Counted from the first letter of the stretch, positions 1-11,527 are shown. The stretch: 64,000 nt of DNA from Candidatus Arcticimaribacter sp. (GCA_965662875.1 CBFIJA010000002.1:5921-69920); one strand, 5' to 3'. Notes: generated from the letters alone by a model not told the origin. Made by a program: numbers and translations.

Positions 1-550
1 AAAGATGAGACACATAGGCCATATGTTTATCATGATCTGCAGCCTCCATAAAACGCAGATACATGCCCATTGATCTAAAGGTTGTTTTTGCCCAATTCAA
101 TAAATCGAGTCTTGTTTTTTTGGGTTCACACAAAATTTGTGGCTTCCCCTTAAATAGGCCTTTATGTGCCGCCTTGGGGCCTGAAAATTCCGTTCCTGCG
201 ATCGGATGTGCAGCCAGATACTGATCTCGTTTTGGGTGATCTTTAACCTGCATACACAATTTTTCTTTTGTTGACCCAACATCCCACAACAGCGCATCGC
301 TGTGCAGCTTTTCCAAAAGTTTGGGCAGCAACACCAAACTGGCTTTAACAGGAGTACTCATAATCACTCTATCTGCCTGTGAAATAGCATCAAAAGTATC
401 TATTTTATCAATGACGCCTAATGCCAATGCTTCTTCTAAATGAGTTGGATTTTCATCTACACCATGTATTTGAATGCTAGAATCCATGCCTTTTAGATCC
501 AATGCCATGGATCCCCCAATTAAACCTACACCGACAACAAATACTTTCAT
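1..550 (-). CDS. tyrA: prephenate dehydrogenase, N-terminal ~183 codons (C-terminus runs off window start)
   Basis: Not in the ORF track because it is open at the window edge. My translation from the ATG at 550 gives MKVFVVGVGLIGGSMALDLK (Rossmann GxGxxG) ... AAHPIAGTEFSG. ATGA overlap with the stop of the upstream aminotransferase. Lies in an aromatic amino acid operon. Confidence 0.75.
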   Translation of the reverse strand, partial: MKVFVVGVGLIGGSMALDLKGMDSSIQIHGVDENPTHLEEALALGVIDKIDTFDAISQADRVIMSTPVKASLVLLPKLLEKLHSDALLWDVGSTKEKLCMQVKDHPKRDQYLAAHPIAGTEFSGPKAAHKGLFKGKPQILCEPKKTRLDLLNWAKTTFRSMGMYLRFMEAADHDKHMAYVSHL

Positions 551-1701
551 TTTTTTAAACGTTGAATTGCGGTTTCAATTTTTTGTTCCTCTATACAGAG
601 TGAAAAACGAATGTAGCCTTCGCCTTGTGAGCCAAAAATGGTACCCGGCGTAATGAAGAGATCGTTCTTATAGAGAATCTGATCAATAAAGGCTTCTGCA
701 TTTGGGCTTCCCTCTGGAAGCTTACACCACAAAAACATCCCTACACTGTTAGGATCAAATGTAGTTCCCAGTGTTCTGGCAAGTTCTTCCACTTTTAATC
801 TACGTTTTCTATAGATTGTATTGAGTTCGTCTTGCCAAGATTTTTCTACCCCTAAAGCTGCAATAGCCCCTTGCTGAATTCCGTAAAACATACCCGAATC
901 CATATTGCTTTTTACCTTTAAAACAGCATGAATCAATTTTTCTTCCCCCAACAACATGCCTACACGCCATCCGGCCATATTAAATGATTTACTGAGAGAA
1001 TTGAGTTCCAATGCCACTTCTTTTGCGCCATCAACAGCTAAAATACTGCTGGGCCGATCGTTAAGAATAAAACTGTAAGGGTTATCGTTTATCAAAAGAA
1101 TATCGTTCTTTTTAGCCCATTCTATCAATTGCATGAATCTAAGTTCACTCGCCTGAGCTCCAGTAGGCATATTCGGATAATTGAGCCACATCAGTTTTAT
1201 GTTCGTGGTGTCTAATCTTTCTAGTGCTTCAAAATCTGGCTGCCAATTTTTTTCTTCCTTCAGTTCATAGAAAACGGGTTTTGCTTGGACCAATTCTGTC
1301 ACTGCGCTATAAGTTGGGTATCCAGGATTAGGAATCAATACTCCATCGCCAGGATTTAAAAAAGCCATGGATATGTGCATGATGCCTTCTTTTGATCCCA
1401 TCAACGGAAGTACTTCCTTGTCAGAATTCAGGCTTACACCGTATGCTCGTTGATAAAAATCCGCAATCGATTGGCGTAACTCAGGAAGTCCTTGATAACT
1501 TTGGTACATATGAGCTCTAGGATGTGCCATACCCTTGTCCAAGGCTTCTACTACTGCAGGATGGGGAGGCAAATCTGGACTTCCGATTCCCATATTGAGT
1601 ATAGGCTTTCCTTGCTGCTGAAGTTGAGCTACTTCACGCAACTTTTTTGAAAAGTAATATTCTTTGACACTCGCTAATCTGTCAGCTGTTGGAACATTCA
1701 T
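547..1701 (-). CDS. class I/II PLP-dependent aminotransferase
   Basis: 384 aa. NSLSKSFNMAGWRVG PLP-lysine motif and NPGYPTY motif. Translationally coupled between pheA and tyrA. Confidence 0.85.
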   Translation of the reverse strand: MNVPTADRLASVKEYYFSKKLREVAQLQQQGKPILNMGIGSPDLPPHPAVVEALDKGMAHPRAHMYQSYQGLPELRQSIADFYQRAYGVSLNSDKEVLPLMGSKEGIMHISMAFLNPGDGVLIPNPGYPTYSAVTELVQAKPVFYELKEEKNWQPDFEALERLDTTNIKLMWLNYPNMPTGAQASELRFMQLIEWAKKNDILLINDNPYSFILNDRPSSILAVDGAKEVALELNSLSKSFNMAGWRVGMLLGEEKLIHAVLKVKSNMDSGMFYGIQQGAIAALGVEKSWQDELNTIYRKRRLKVEELARTLGTTFDPNSVGMFLWCKLPEGSPNAEAFIDQILYKNDLFITPGTIFGSQGEGYIRFSLCIEEQKIETAIQRLKK

Positions 1702-2534
1702 TTTTTTGCGTTTTGGTATTCCCCTAATATTTTAAATTCAAGCGCCATGATCTTTAAAATGGAATGGGCTTTTTGATAATTACTGTACTCTTCAAAAGTA
1801 ACGTCTACAAAAAAAGCATACTTCCCCGGTGTTTCTATAACGGGTAAAGATTGAATTTTTGTGAGATTCAACAAACAATCACTCATCACGTTTAAAACGG
1901 TTGCCAGGCTACCGCGTTGATGATCTAAAACGAATTTCATGGAAGCTTTGTTGATTGCCTGATTTGTTTCTTCAATTGATCGCTTTTTTATAATCACAAA
2001 TCGAGTAACGTTGTTTTTAATCGTTTGGATAGAGCTTCCTAGGGTCTTTAAACCATAAATTTCAGCGGCTTTTGAACTGGCAATCGCAGCAATACCCTTT
2101 GCATTTTCTAGAGCAATTTTCTGCGCAACAGCAGCAGTATCCTCTGCCTCTACCAAGCGAATATGAGGGTAAGCCTTGAAGTAATTTTTACATTGAAGTA
2201 AAGCCATTGGATGTGAATGCACCTCCTGGATATCCATTACAGTTTGACCCGACAAGGCCATAAAATCATGATCAATGGAAAGATGATACTCTCCAACAAT
2301 GGCAAGATTGTTCTGATCGAGCAAAGCATAATTAGGAATAATAGACCCTGCGATTGAGTTTTCTATGGCCATAACCGCCTGTTGTGCATTGCCCTGCAGC
2401 AACTGCTCTACTAAAACATCAAAGCTAGAACACTCAACCAATTCAATTGCATCACCAAAGTAGTCTAACGCTACTTGATGATGAAAAGAGCCTTTGATCC
2501 CCTGAATTGCTATATGTTGTTTTTTTTGCATCAT
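1698..2534 (-). CDS. pheA: prephenate dehydratase
   Basis: 278 aa. PDT domain (IAIQGIKGSFHH, ENSIAGSI) plus a C-terminal ACT-like region. 4-nt overlap with the next gene. Confidence 0.85.
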   Translation of the reverse strand: MMQKKQHIAIQGIKGSFHHQVALDYFGDAIELVECSSFDVLVEQLLQGNAQQAVMAIENSIAGSIIPNYALLDQNNLAIVGEYHLSIDHDFMALSGQTVMDIQEVHSHPMALLQCKNYFKAYPHIRLVEAEDTAAVAQKIALENAKGIAAIASSKAAEIYGLKTLGSSIQTIKNNVTRFVIIKKRSIEETNQAINKASMKFVLDHQRGSLATVLNVMSDCLLNLTKIQSLPVIETPGKYAFFVDVTFEEYSNYQKAHSILKIMALEFKILGEYQNAKK

Positions 2535-2537
2535 ACC

Positions 2538-2570
2538 AAAAAAAAAGTCCTGAAAAACATTCAGGACTTT
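2538..2570 (-). terminator. intrinsic terminator (attenuator) 3 nt upstream of the pheA start codon
   Basis: Minus-strand RNA AAAGUCCUGAA-UGUUU-UUCAGGACUUU forms an 11-bp stem and runs into a U9 tract of which the last three stem U are part. Sequence then continues GGU-AUG. Confidence 0.7.
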
Positions 2571-2599
2571 AAATTGCTTGCTTTATACCACAAAAGTCC

Positions 2600-2689
2600 T
2601 TACTGCTCCTGAAAGAAGTAGTAAAAATTGTTGTAATAAAAGAAGCGTGTGTTCATTTGCTTAATAATTGGTACAAAAGTAAACTTCAT
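2600..2689 (-). CDS. candidate Phe/Tyr-rich leader peptide (29 aa) of the pheA operon
   Basis: Hand translation gives MKFTFVPIIKQMNTRFFYYNNFYYFFQEQ*. The stop codon abuts AGGACUUU, which can pair with the 5' arm of the downstream terminator. Confidence 0.6.
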   Translation of the reverse strand: MKFTFVPIIKQMNTRFFYYNNFYYFFQEQ

Positions 2690-2766
2690 TTGGATAAAAA
2701 CAAATTATTAAGAAACTTTTGTCCTTTTGTAAAATATGCTCTACCTTTTGGATAAAGACCAAACCG

Positions 2767-4344
2767 ATGAAATATTACATCCCTATTGTTGCCCTTCTTC
2801 TCGTTTTTTCATGTGCACAAGAAAACCAAAAATCAACAACCGATTGGAACGATTTCCCCTTACTGGAAACTGACATTAAAAGTCTTCAAGAAAGCTATGA
2901 AAACGGAACCAAAACCATTGAAGAAGTTACACAGCTGTATTTAAATCGAATCGAAGAAATTGATCAGAATGGGCCAGCACTACGCTCAATCATTTACATC
3001 AACCCCAATGCACTTGGCATTGCCAAAAAACTAGATCAAGAACTGAAGGAGGGAAAATCCAGAGGGCCACTCCACGGTATTCCTGTAGTACTAAAAGACA
3101 ATATAAACACCTATGATCAACCCACCACTGCCGGTTCTAGAGCACTTGCAGGTTCTATCCCTGAATTAGACAGCGAAGTGGCGAAAAAACTTAGAATTGC
3201 AGGAGCAGTGATTTTAGGAAAAGCCAACTTAAGTGAATGGGCAAATTTTAGGGGTCAAAACTCCAGTAGCGGCTGGAGTGGTATCCAAGGGCAAACCAAA
3301 AATCCATACGTTTTAACCCGTAATCCCTGCGGTTCAAGTTCTGGATCTGGGGTTGCTGTTTCAGCCAACCTAACCCTTTTGGCCATAGGAACTGAAACCA
3401 ATGGATCTATAGTTTGTCCTTCGCACGCCAATGGGGTTGTGGGAATAAAACCTACAGTAGGCTTGATCAGTAGAAGCGGTATCATCCCAATTTCATTTAC
3501 TCAAGACACTGCAGGTCCAATGGCCAGAAGCGTTACAGATGCAAGCATAGCCCTAGGTCTTATGGTAGGGGTAGATTCCACAGACCTTAAAACCCTTGCC
3601 AGTGCTGAAAAGTACAGTACTGACTACAGTGTGTTTTTAAACAAAAACGGACTAGAAGGCAAACGAATTGGGATTTACACTCCCCCCTTTGGTCAAAACA
3701 AAGATGTAGATAACCTCAGCAATAAAGCCATCGCCTTGATGAAAGAAAAGGGGGCTATATTGATTGAAATTGACAAGATCGCTCCAACCGGAACAGGAAG
3801 ACATTCTTTTCAAGTCATGCTGCACGAATACAAAGCTGGACTCAATGAATATTTTGCAGCCTTGGGGGAAAATGCACCTATAAAAACCTTAGAAGAACTG
3901 ATTGCATTCAATGCAAAAGACAGTATTGAATTAAAATACTTTAATCAAGCTTACCTCAAAATGGCTGCCGAGAAAGAAGGCCTGGACAGTGATGCCTATA
4001 AAACAGCATTGGAAAACCTTGAGCGCATGAGTCAACAAGAGGGAATTGACCGGGTGATGAAAGAACACAGCTTAGATGCCTTTATTGCGCCAACAGGGAG
4101 TCCTGCATGGAGTACTGATTGGTTGAATGGAGATAATTTTCACTTGGGGAGCTCATCTCCAGCAGCTTGGGCAGGATACCCAAACATTACCGTTCCTATG
4201 GGCAATGTTCATGGATTACCGGTCGGGCTATCAATATTTGGAACGGCTTGGTCCGAAGGAAAATTAATTGAAATTGCCTATGCTTTTGAGCAAGCAAGTC
4301 AAGCCCGTATCGTTCCCAGCTTTCGAAAAAATGATGCGGAATAA
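2767..4344 (+). CDS. amidase (amidase-signature family), lipoprotein-type signal
   Basis: Amidase signature GSSSGSGVAVS. The start was moved to MKYYIPIVALLLVFSCAQ (signal peptide plus lipobox Cys). The ORF-track start at 2719 looks like an N-terminal over-extension. Confidence 0.85.
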   Translation: MKYYIPIVALLLVFSCAQENQKSTTDWNDFPLLETDIKSLQESYENGTKTIEEVTQLYLNRIEEIDQNGPALRSIIYINPNALGIAKKLDQELKEGKSRGPLHGIPVVLKDNINTYDQPTTAGSRALAGSIPELDSEVAKKLRIAGAVILGKANLSEWANFRGQNSSSGWSGIQGQTKNPYVLTRNPCGSSSGSGVAVSANLTLLAIGTETNGSIVCPSHANGVVGIKPTVGLISRSGIIPISFTQDTAGPMARSVTDASIALGLMVGVDSTDLKTLASAEKYSTDYSVFLNKNGLEGKRIGIYTPPFGQNKDVDNLSNKAIALMKEKGAILIEIDKIAPTGTGRHSFQVMLHEYKAGLNEYFAALGENAPIKTLEELIAFNAKDSIELKYFNQAYLKMAAEKEGLDSDAYKTALENLERMSQQEGIDRVMKEHSLDAFIAPTGSPAWSTDWLNGDNFHLGSSSPAAWAGYPNITVPMGNVHGLPVGLSIFGTAWSEGKLIEIAYAFEQASQARIVPSFRKNDAE

Positions 4345-4397
4345 AACCCAACCAAACTTCATAAAACACGAAAACTCTTATCTTTAAATCAAAAAAA

Positions 4398-5294
4398 GTG
4401 AGCTTAAATTTAGTAGAAGTAAACAAATCCTATGGAGAAGTTCAGGCCCTAAAAGCCGTAACATTCAACTTGAAGAAAGGGGAAATTGTAGGCTTATTGG
4501 GTCCTAACGGTGCTGGGAAATCTACCTTGATGAAAATATTAACCGGCGCTTTGCACCAATGGGAAGGCACAATCACATATGATCAAAAAAACCTACAAGA
4601 AAACTTAGCTTTTGTACAAGCCAAGACAGGCTATCTCGCAGAAAATAATCCGTTGTACAAAGAAAAAAATGTACAAGAATACCTTTCTTTCATTGCATCT
4701 TTATACAAAATAAAAAATACTACCCTAGACCAGACGCTTGCTGAAGTAGGCCTACAAGAAAAAAAGCACGCTAAAATAGCAACGCTTTCTAAAGGCTACC
4801 AACAAAGGGTAGGTCTTGCAGCTGCACTATTGCACAATCCTTCTTTATTAATTTTGGATGAACCCAGCACAGGGCTTGACCCGAACCAGATGGTCGAAAT
4901 TAGAGCTTTGATTCGGAAATTAGGAAAAGATAGGATGGTCTTGTTTTCTACTCACATTTTATCAGAAGTAGAAAGTGTTTGTGATAGGGTCATCATCATC
5001 AACAAAGGAGAAGTAGTTGCAAATCAGTCAATGGAAGAATTACGAAAAAATCAGCGGCAAATTATTGAAGTAGAATTTGACTATCGCGTAGAAACAGAAG
5101 CAATAGCAAGAATGGAAGGCATTGAGAAAGTTGTAAATACCTTTGACTTCAAATACGAGATTCACTGCAAAAGTGATTTTGATTTACGCCCTAAAATCTT
5201 TGACTTTGCGCACGACAATCAGCTGAAAATTTTAACACTACAACAAAAAAACATCAAGCTAGAACAACTGTTTCAATCTTTGACCGAGAATTAA
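4398..5294 (+). CDS. gldA: ABC transporter ATP-binding protein, GldA-like (gliding motility)
   Basis: 298 aa. Walker A GPNGAGKST, signature LSKGYQQR, Walker B LLILDEP. The C-terminal region (EVEFDY ... FDFAHDN-LK) resembles Flavobacterium GldA as I recall it. GTG start. Confidence 0.65.
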   Translation: MSLNLVEVNKSYGEVQALKAVTFNLKKGEIVGLLGPNGAGKSTLMKILTGALHQWEGTITYDQKNLQENLAFVQAKTGYLAENNPLYKEKNVQEYLSFIASLYKIKNTTLDQTLAEVGLQEKKHAKIATLSKGYQQRVGLAAALLHNPSLLILDEPSTGLDPNQMVEIRALIRKLGKDRMVLFSTHILSEVESVCDRVIIINKGEVVANQSMEELRKNQRQIIEVEFDYRVETEAIARMEGIEKVVNTFDFKYEIHCKSDFDLRPKIFDFAHDNQLKILTLQQKNIKLEQLFQSLTEN

Positions 5295-6277
5295 AAAACA
5301 GCCTGCGCAATGGCTTTTATGTTGTCAGATTTCCCCATTGAGTAATAATGTAAAAAGGGAACTCTAGCAGCTTTTAATTCTTTGCTTTGTTCGATGCACC
5401 ATTCTATTCCAACTTGCCTAACTTGGGAATTGTCTTTACATTCCAATACCGCTTTTATAAGATCATCCGGGAGATCTACATGGAAACGATGTGGCAGGGC
5501 ATTCAATTGTTTTTTTGTTGCTAGTGGTTTTAAACCGGGGATAATGGGAACATCAATTCCAGCATCCTTGCATTTGTCTTGAAATTCAAAGAACTTTTTG
5601 TTGTCAAAAAACATTTGTGTAATGATATAATCTGCGCCTGCATCAATTTTCTTTTTCAAGAAATGCAAATCGCTTTCCAAGCTTGGAGCTTCCATATGCT
5701 TTTCTGGATAACCAGACACGCCAATGCAAAAGTCTGTTTTAGACGTATTTTGAATTTCGTCATCCAAATATTTCCCTTGATTTAAATCTGTTATTTGCCC
5801 AACGAGTTCATTGGCATAGGTATGACCGTCTTTATGGGGTTTGAAATACACTTCAGATTTTACAGCATCACCACGAAGGGCTACAACATTGTCGATCCCT
5901 AAAAAATCTAAGTCAATTAAGAAATTTTCTGTATCCTCTTTTGTAAATCCACCACATAATATATGAGGAATGGCATCTACATTGTATTTATTTTGCAAGG
6001 CTGCACAAATCCCCACTGTCCCAGGTCGTTTTCGAATGACATGTTTTTCCAGTAACCCATTTTCCAACTCCTTGTAAACGTATTCTTCTCGATGATAGGT
6101 AACATCAATAAAAGGGGGATTGAATTCCATCAACGGGTCAATCGCAGAATAAATAGACGCTATGTTTTGCCCTTTTAACGGAGGGAGAATCTCAAAGGTG
6201 AATTGAGTGTTGTTCTTTGCTTTGGCAATGTGCTCTGTTACTTTCACGAGGTTTATTTTAGGTTGGGCCTGAGCCAT
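5291..6277 (-). CDS. metF: methylenetetrahydrofolate reductase
   Basis: 328 aa. Motifs FEILPP, VALRGD and ITQMFFD are typical of MetF. Last gene of the methionine cluster. Confidence 0.85.
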   Translation of the reverse strand: MAQAQPKINLVKVTEHIAKAKNNTQFTFEILPPLKGQNIASIYSAIDPLMEFNPPFIDVTYHREEYVYKELENGLLEKHVIRKRPGTVGICAALQNKYNVDAIPHILCGGFTKEDTENFLIDLDFLGIDNVVALRGDAVKSEVYFKPHKDGHTYANELVGQITDLNQGKYLDDEIQNTSKTDFCIGVSGYPEKHMEAPSLESDLHFLKKKIDAGADYIITQMFFDNKKFFEFQDKCKDAGIDVPIIPGLKPLATKKQLNALPHRFHVDLPDDLIKAVLECKDNSQVRQVGIEWCIEQSKELKAARVPFLHYYSMGKSDNIKAIAQAVF

Positions 6278-8934
6278 TTTTCGGCTTCTTGGCGCGTAAT
6301 GTTTTTTCTTTTTGAATAGCTTTCAACTTGATCTTTGGTGATTTTTCCAACCCCAAAATAATGTGCTTCCGGTTGGGCAAAATAATATCCTGAAACAGAT
6401 GCCGCAGGCCACATGGCTAAACTTTCTGTCAAGGTTACACCAATATTTTCTTCCACCTGCAAGAGCTTCCAAATGGTTTCTTTTTCCAAATGATCTGGGC
6501 AAGCTGGATAACCAGGGGCTGGTCTAATTCCTTTGTATTTTTCTTTAATCAAAGCGTTGTTATCCAAAGCTTCATCAGCAGCATACCCCCAATGCTTTTT
6601 TCTTACTTCCTGGTGCAGGTATTCCGCAAAGGCTTCCGCAAGACGATCTGCCAAGGCTTTAACCATAATGGCATTGTAATCGTCATTTTCGGCCTCATAC
6701 TTTTCAGCTAACGCCTTGGTTCCAAATCCTGTTGTAACACAAAAACAGCCCATATGATCTGGAATGTTTGTGGATTTTGGTGCAACAAAATCTGCTAGCG
6801 CCACATTGGTTTTTCCTTCTCGCTTTTTTAGCTGCTGGCGTAATGTGATGAATTTTGCTGCAGCAACCGTTCTACTTTCATCTTCATAAATTTCAATGTC
6901 ATCTTCTTCAATGCTATTGGCTGGAAATAGACCAAATACGGCTTTGGCTTTTAATGATTTTTTGTCTAAAATTTCAGACAATATCACTTGTGCATCCGCA
7001 AAAAGCTCAGTGGCTTGCTCGCCAACGATTTCATCGTTTAATATTTCGGGGTAATGCCCATGCAAATCCCAAGAACGGAAAAAAGGACTCCAATCTATAT
7101 AGGGCACCAATTCATCTAAATTTTGATTTTCAATGACTTGAACGCCTAAAGCATTCGGCTTCGCCGGGAGATAGCTTTCCCAATTGCATCTGTATTTTTT
7201 TTCTCTTGCCGCAGGCAGTGAAATGTATTCTTTGCTGCTAGAGCGATCTAAAAACTTTTCGCGAAACTGTGTGTATTCTTCATGTATAGACTTGGTGTAA
7301 TCGTCTGATAGGTCTTTGTGTAGTAAATTTCCCACAACGGTTACCGCTCTCGAAGCATCGTTTACATGAACAACCGTGCTATTGAGCTCAGGGGCAATTT
7401 TTACAGCCGTATGCGCTTTTGAGGTTGTGGCTCCGCCTATGAGAAGGGGAATGTGTAAATCTTGTCTTTTTAGCTCCTGGGCGATGTAAATCATTTCATC
7501 CAAAGAAGGAGTGATTAAGCCGGACAAACCGATAATATCGACTTGCTGCTCTACAGCAGTTTGGATGATTTTTTCTGGCGGCACCATGACCCCAAGGTCA
7601 ATGATTTCATAATTGTTACAGGCCAGAACTACACCCACTATATTTTTTCCAATGTCGTGGACATCTCCTTTTACGGTGGCCATAAGAATTTTACCCGCTG
7701 CTTCTTGCTTCCCGTCTTTTTCGGCTTCGATGTAAGGGAGTAAATAGGCTACCGCTTTTTTCATGACCCGAGCCGATTTTACGACCTGAGGAAGAAACAT
7801 TTTTCCTGCTCCAAAGAGATCACCAACCACGTTCATGCCGTTCATTAAATGTCCTTCAATTACTTGAATCGGAGCATTTACACTTTGTCTGGCTGTTTCA
7901 ACGTCTTCTTCAATAAACTCATCAATGCCTTTTACTAGCGCATGGGTGATGCGGGATTGCAAATCTTCATTTCGCCAAAGTTTTACAGCTACCTTTTTGT
8001 CTTTGGTGTCTTGTACAATGCTTTCGGCATACTCCAATAGGCGCTCGGTAGCGTCCTCTTTTCGGTCTAAAAGAACGTCTTCCACAAAGGTTAAAAGCTC
8101 TTTCGGAATCTCATCGTATACTTCTAAAAGGCTGGGGTTTACGATACCCATCGTCATTCCGTGTTGAATCCCGTGGTATAAAAAAGCGGAATGCATGGCT
8201 TCGCGTACAGGGGTATTTCCGCGGAAAGAAAAGGAAACATTACTCACTCCACCGCTGATGTGGGCGTGGGGAAGATTTTCTTTGATCCATTTTGTGGTTT
8301 TGAAAAAATCAATTGCATTGGTACGGTGTTCTTCCATCCCTGTTGCTACAGGAAACACATTGGGATCAAAAATAATATCCTCTGGCGGGAAATTTACCTT
8401 TTGCGTAAGCACCTCATAAGAGCGTTTGCAAATTTCTATTCTACGCTCTAGCGTATCTGCCTGGCCTTGTTCATCAAATGCCATGATGATCACAGCGGCT
8501 CCGTATCTTCGGATGGTTTGGGCTTGCGCAATAAAATTTTCTTCTCCTTCTTTTAAGCTTATTGAATTAACAACACACTTGCCCTGAACTACTTTTAGTC
8601 CCGCTTCTATGATTTCCCATTTAGAACTATCAATCATAATAGGGATACGCGAAATATCGGGTTCTGCAGCAATAAGATTAAGAAAAGTAGTCATGGCTTT
8701 TACCCCATCGATCATTCCCTCGTCCATGTTAACGTCTAGAATTTGTGCTCCCCCTTCTACTTGCTCTCGTGCTACTTCTATAGCGGTATTGTAATCTCCT
8801 TGTTCAATAAGGCGTAAAAACTTTCGTGATCCGGTGACATTGGTCCGTTCTCCGACATTGACAAAATTGGTCTCCGGAGAAATCACCAAGGGCTCTAAAC
8901 CCGATAAACGAAGTGGTCTAAAGTTATCTTTCAT
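6253..8934 (-). CDS. metH: cobalamin-dependent methionine synthase: pterin-binding, B12-binding and AdoMet-activation modules
   Basis: B12 motif [10 protein letters not shown], a pterin-binding barrel and a C-terminal activation domain. Start set to [16 protein letters not shown] (ATG 8934) rather than the ORF-track start at 9012. Confidence 0.9.
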   Translation of the reverse strand: MKDNFRPLRLSGLEPLVISPETNFVNVGERTNVTGSRKFLRLIEQGDYNTAIEVAREQVEGGAQILDVNMDEGMIDGVKAMTTFLNLIAAEPDISRIPIMIDSSKWEIIEAGLKVVQGKCVVNSISLKEGEENFIAQAQTIRRYGAAVIIMAFDEQGQADTLERRIEICKRSYEVLTQKVNFPPEDIIFDPNVFPVATGMEEHRTNAIDFFKTTKWIKENLPHAHISGGVSNVSFSFRGNTPVREAMHSAFLYHGIQHGMTMGIVNPSLLEVYDEIPKELLTFVEDVLLDRKEDATERLLEYAESIVQDTKDKKVAVKLWRNEDLQSRITHALVKGIDEFIEEDVETARQSVNAPIQVIEGHLMNGMNVVGDLFGAGKMFLPQVVKSARVMKKAVAYLLPYIEAEKDGKQEAAGKILMATVKGDVHDIGKNIVGVVLACNNYEIIDLGVMVPPEKIIQTAVEQQVDIIGLSGLITPSLDEMIYIAQELKRQDLHIPLLIGGATTSKAHTAVKIAPELNSTVVHVNDASRAVTVVGNLLHKDLSDDYTKSIHEEYTQFREKFLDRSSSKEYISLPAAREKKYRCNWESYLPAKPNALGVQVIENQNLDELVPYIDWSPFFRSWDLHGHYPEILNDEIVGEQATELFADAQVILSEILDKKSLKAKAVFGLFPANSIEEDDIEIYEDESRTVAAAKFITLRQQLKKREGKTNVALADFVAPKSTNIPDHMGCFCVTTGFGTKALAEKYEAENDDYNAIMVKALADRLAEAFAEYLHQEVRKKHWGYAADEALDNNALIKEKYKGIRPAPGYPACPDHLEKETIWKLLQVEENIGVTLTESLAMWPAASVSGYYFAQPEAHYFGVGKITKDQVESYSKRKNITRQEAEKWLRPNLK

Positions 8935-9931
8935 CGTGTAACACCGTTTTTCTGGGAGAATATTTTTGCGCCACTTCTGCAATAAGGGCAATGTGTTCTG
9001 GCGTAGAACCACAACAGCCTCCTATAATGTTTACAAGATTTTCAGCTAAATACTTTTCAATTAGATCGCTCATTTCTTCAGGGGTTTGATCATAGGCACC
9101 AAAAGCATTGGGTAAACCGGCATTTGGATGAGCAGAAGTCAAGTATTCTGTTGCCATAGAGAGTCTTCTTAAATAGGGTAAAAGCTGATCTGCTCCCAAG
9201 GCACAGTTAAAGCCTACACTCAATAAGGGTATGTGAGAAATGGACACTACAAACGCTTCAACCGTTTGCCCTGAAAGGGTCCTTCCACTGGCATCTGTAA
9301 TGGTACCGCTAATCATAACAGGAATGTCCCAGTTGTTATCTTGCTTAAGCTGATCTATTGCAAAGAGTGCGGCTTTGGCATTCAGGGTATCAAAAACCGT
9401 TTCTACCAGCAAAACATCTGCCCCACCCGCAACAAGAGCTCGGGTTTGTTCTGCGTACGCTTCGACCAGCTGATCAAATGTAACCGCTCTATAGCCTGGA
9501 TCATTAACATCCGGAGACATACTGGCTGTTCGGTTGGTTGGACCAATAGAACCGGCTACAAATCGTGGCTTAGCAGGATTTTTGGCCGTTGTTGCATCGG
9601 CAACTTCCCGCGCGATTTTTGCCGACTGGAAATTGAGCTCATATACCCAATCCTCCATTTGGTAATCTGCCATACCTATAGAAGTGGAAGAAAAAGTATT
9701 GGTTTCAACGATATCCGCTCCTGCGTCAAAATATTTTTGATGAACGGCTTTGATGGCCTCGGGCTGGGTAATGGACAACATATCATTATTCCCTTGAACA
9801 GGACAGGGGTGATCTTTGAAGGTTTCTCCCCTAAAATCGTCTTCCGAAAAAGAATAGGCCTGCAACATGGTCCCCATGGCGCCATCCAAAACAAGAATTC
9901 TTTCCTTTAAGATTTCTTCGATTCTAGTCAT
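8924..9931 (-). CDS. metH: homocysteine S-methyltransferase module (separate N-terminal MetH polypeptide)
   Basis: 335 aa. Hcy-binding domain with the zinc-ligand context FNCALG and [13 protein letters not shown]. The stop overlaps the next metH ORF by 11 nt. Confidence 0.85.
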   Translation of the reverse strand: MTRIEEILKERILVLDGAMGTMLQAYSFSEDDFRGETFKDHPCPVQGNNDMLSITQPEAIKAVHQKYFDAGADIVETNTFSSTSIGMADYQMEDWVYELNFQSAKIAREVADATTAKNPAKPRFVAGSIGPTNRTASMSPDVNDPGYRAVTFDQLVEAYAEQTRALVAGGADVLLVETVFDTLNAKAALFAIDQLKQDNNWDIPVMISGTITDASGRTLSGQTVEAFVVSISHIPLLSVGFNCALGADQLLPYLRRLSMATEYLTSAHPNAGLPNAFGAYDQTPEEMSDLIEKYLAENLVNIIGGCCGSTPEHIALIAEVAQKYSPRKTVLHDER

Positions 9932-11100
9932 GCATTCTTTGTTAGGGCTTGATTGATGTCCTCAAAAATATCTTCATGGTGTTCTAATCCTACCGATAAA
10001 CGAATCATCCCGTCCGTTATTCCAACTTCAAGCCGATCCTCTTCCGACAATTTGCTATGGGTTGTAGAAGCAGGATGTGTTACAATGGTTCTAGAGTCGC
10101 CTAAGTTTGAAGAAAGGGACAACCACTGGATTGCGTTTAAAAAATTACGGCCAGCGTCTAAGCCGCCTTTTATCTCAAAAGAAACTATGCTACCCCCTTG
10201 GGACATTTGTTTTTTGGCAATCTCATACTGCGGGTGCGACGGTAAAAAAGGATATTTTACCCACTCTACCTGCGGATGACGCTCCAGTTCCTGCGCAATT
10301 TTTAAAGCAGTGGAGCAATGGCGGTCTACACGTACAGGCAAGGTTTCTAAACTTTTTGAAAGCACCCAAGCATTGAAGGGTGATAATGCAGATCCGGTAT
10401 TGCGAGCGAATAAATATATTTCGCGAATCAAGTCTTTCTTCCCTACAGTGATTCCTCCTAAGACACGCCCTTGACCGTCCATTAGTTTTGTAGCGGAATG
10501 AATGACTAAATCGGCTCCGTATTTTATAGGTTGCTGCAGGTATGGGGTTGCGAAACAATTGTCGATGACTAAAATCAAATTATGTTTTTTTGCAATCTCC
10601 CCCAGGTACTCTAAATCCAAAACATCTACGCCAGGATTGGTAGGCGTTTCCGCGTATATTATTTTTGTATTGGGCTGAATCAATTCTTCTATACCTTCAG
10701 GATTCTCTATCTTAAAATAAGACGTGCTGATGTTCCACTTTGGTAAATACTTGGTAAATAAAGTATGTGTAGAACCAAAAATAGAACGCGCTGAAACGAT
10801 ATGGTCTCCGCTGTCTAATAAAGCTGAAAATGTACCAAAAATAGCCCCCATCCCTGAAGCAAAGGCTACGCCATCTTCTGCAGCTTCCATTTGAACAACT
10901 TTTGAAATAAATTCAGAGGTGTTTGGGTTTGTAAAACGCGAATAAATGTTCCGTTCTTTTTCCTCGGCAAAAGAAGCGCGCATGTCTTCTGCATCTTCAA
11001 ATACAAAACTTGACGTTAAATGCAAAGGGGTAGAATGCTCTAAAAAAGAAGAACGCTCCATTTGTGTCCGAACCGCTTTGGTTTCTAATTTATGGTTCAT
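9928..11100 (-). CDS. PLP-dependent trans-sulfuration enzyme (O-acyl-homoserine sulfhydrylase / cystathionine gamma-synthase family)
   Basis: 390 aa. Cys/Met-metabolism PLP family with [10 protein letters not shown] (PLP Lys). Lies in the methionine cluster. Confidence 0.8.
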   Translation of the reverse strand: MNHKLETKAVRTQMERSSFLEHSTPLHLTSSFVFEDAEDMRASFAEEKERNIYSRFTNPNTSEFISKVVQMEAAEDGVAFASGMGAIFGTFSALLDSGDHIVSARSIFGSTHTLFTKYLPKWNISTSYFKIENPEGIEELIQPNTKIIYAETPTNPGVDVLDLEYLGEIAKKHNLILVIDNCFATPYLQQPIKYGADLVIHSATKLMDGQGRVLGGITVGKKDLIREIYLFARNTGSALSPFNAWVLSKSLETLPVRVDRHCSTALKIAQELERHPQVEWVKYPFLPSHPQYEIAKKQMSQGGSIVSFEIKGGLDAGRNFLNAIQWLSLSSNLGDSRTIVTHPASTTHSKLSEEDRLEVGITDGMIRLSVGLEHHEDIFEDINQALTKNA

Positions 11101-11525
11101 ACCGGTAAACCGTTTAAAATAATTTTGAATTGAATGTTTGCGACGCTGTCAATCATTTTAGAGACTGAACAATATTTTTCGTAAGATAACTTGGCCGCAC
11201 GATTGGCTTTTTCAGGGGTAATGTCTTCTCCTTCTAAATGGATGACAATGTCTATGGTGTGAAAAAGTGCGGGCACCTCTCCTTCTTTTCGTAGCCCGTG
11301 AACTTCCATTTTCAAGGCTTTGGGGTTTATTTTTTGTTTTCCTAAAATAGCGACAATATCAATGCTGCTGCATCCTGCAACGCCCATTAACAGAAGTTCC
11401 ATGGGACTTATACCTTCTACTGTTCCAACCGATTTTGATTTGTTGTCTAAACGAACACTGCGCCCGTCTTGATTTTTTACTTCAAATAAATAATCCTCAT
11501 TGATGCGTTCCAATACAACTTTCAT
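11097..11525 (-). CDS. OsmC family protein
   Basis: 142 aa. OsmC-like motifs PMELLLMGVAGCSSIDI and a second Cys in YEKYCSVS. Confidence 0.7.
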   Translation of the reverse strand: MKVVLERINEDYLFEVKNQDGRSVRLDNKSKSVGTVEGISPMELLLMGVAGCSSIDIVAILGKQKINPKALKMEVHGLRKEGEVPALFHTIDIVIHLEGEDITPEKANRAAKLSYEKYCSVSKMIDSVANIQFKIILNGLPV

Positions 11526-11527
11526 AG

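Noticed and set aside
2719-2766. Longer N-terminal starts given in the ORF track (2719, 9012, 20915, 25745, 28955, 30225, 33826, 38552, 40586).
   Set aside because: In each case an internal ATG gives a canonical N-terminus (signal peptide, conserved family start) and removes overlap with neighbouring genes or promoters. I trimmed them accordingly. The exact starts remain predictions.
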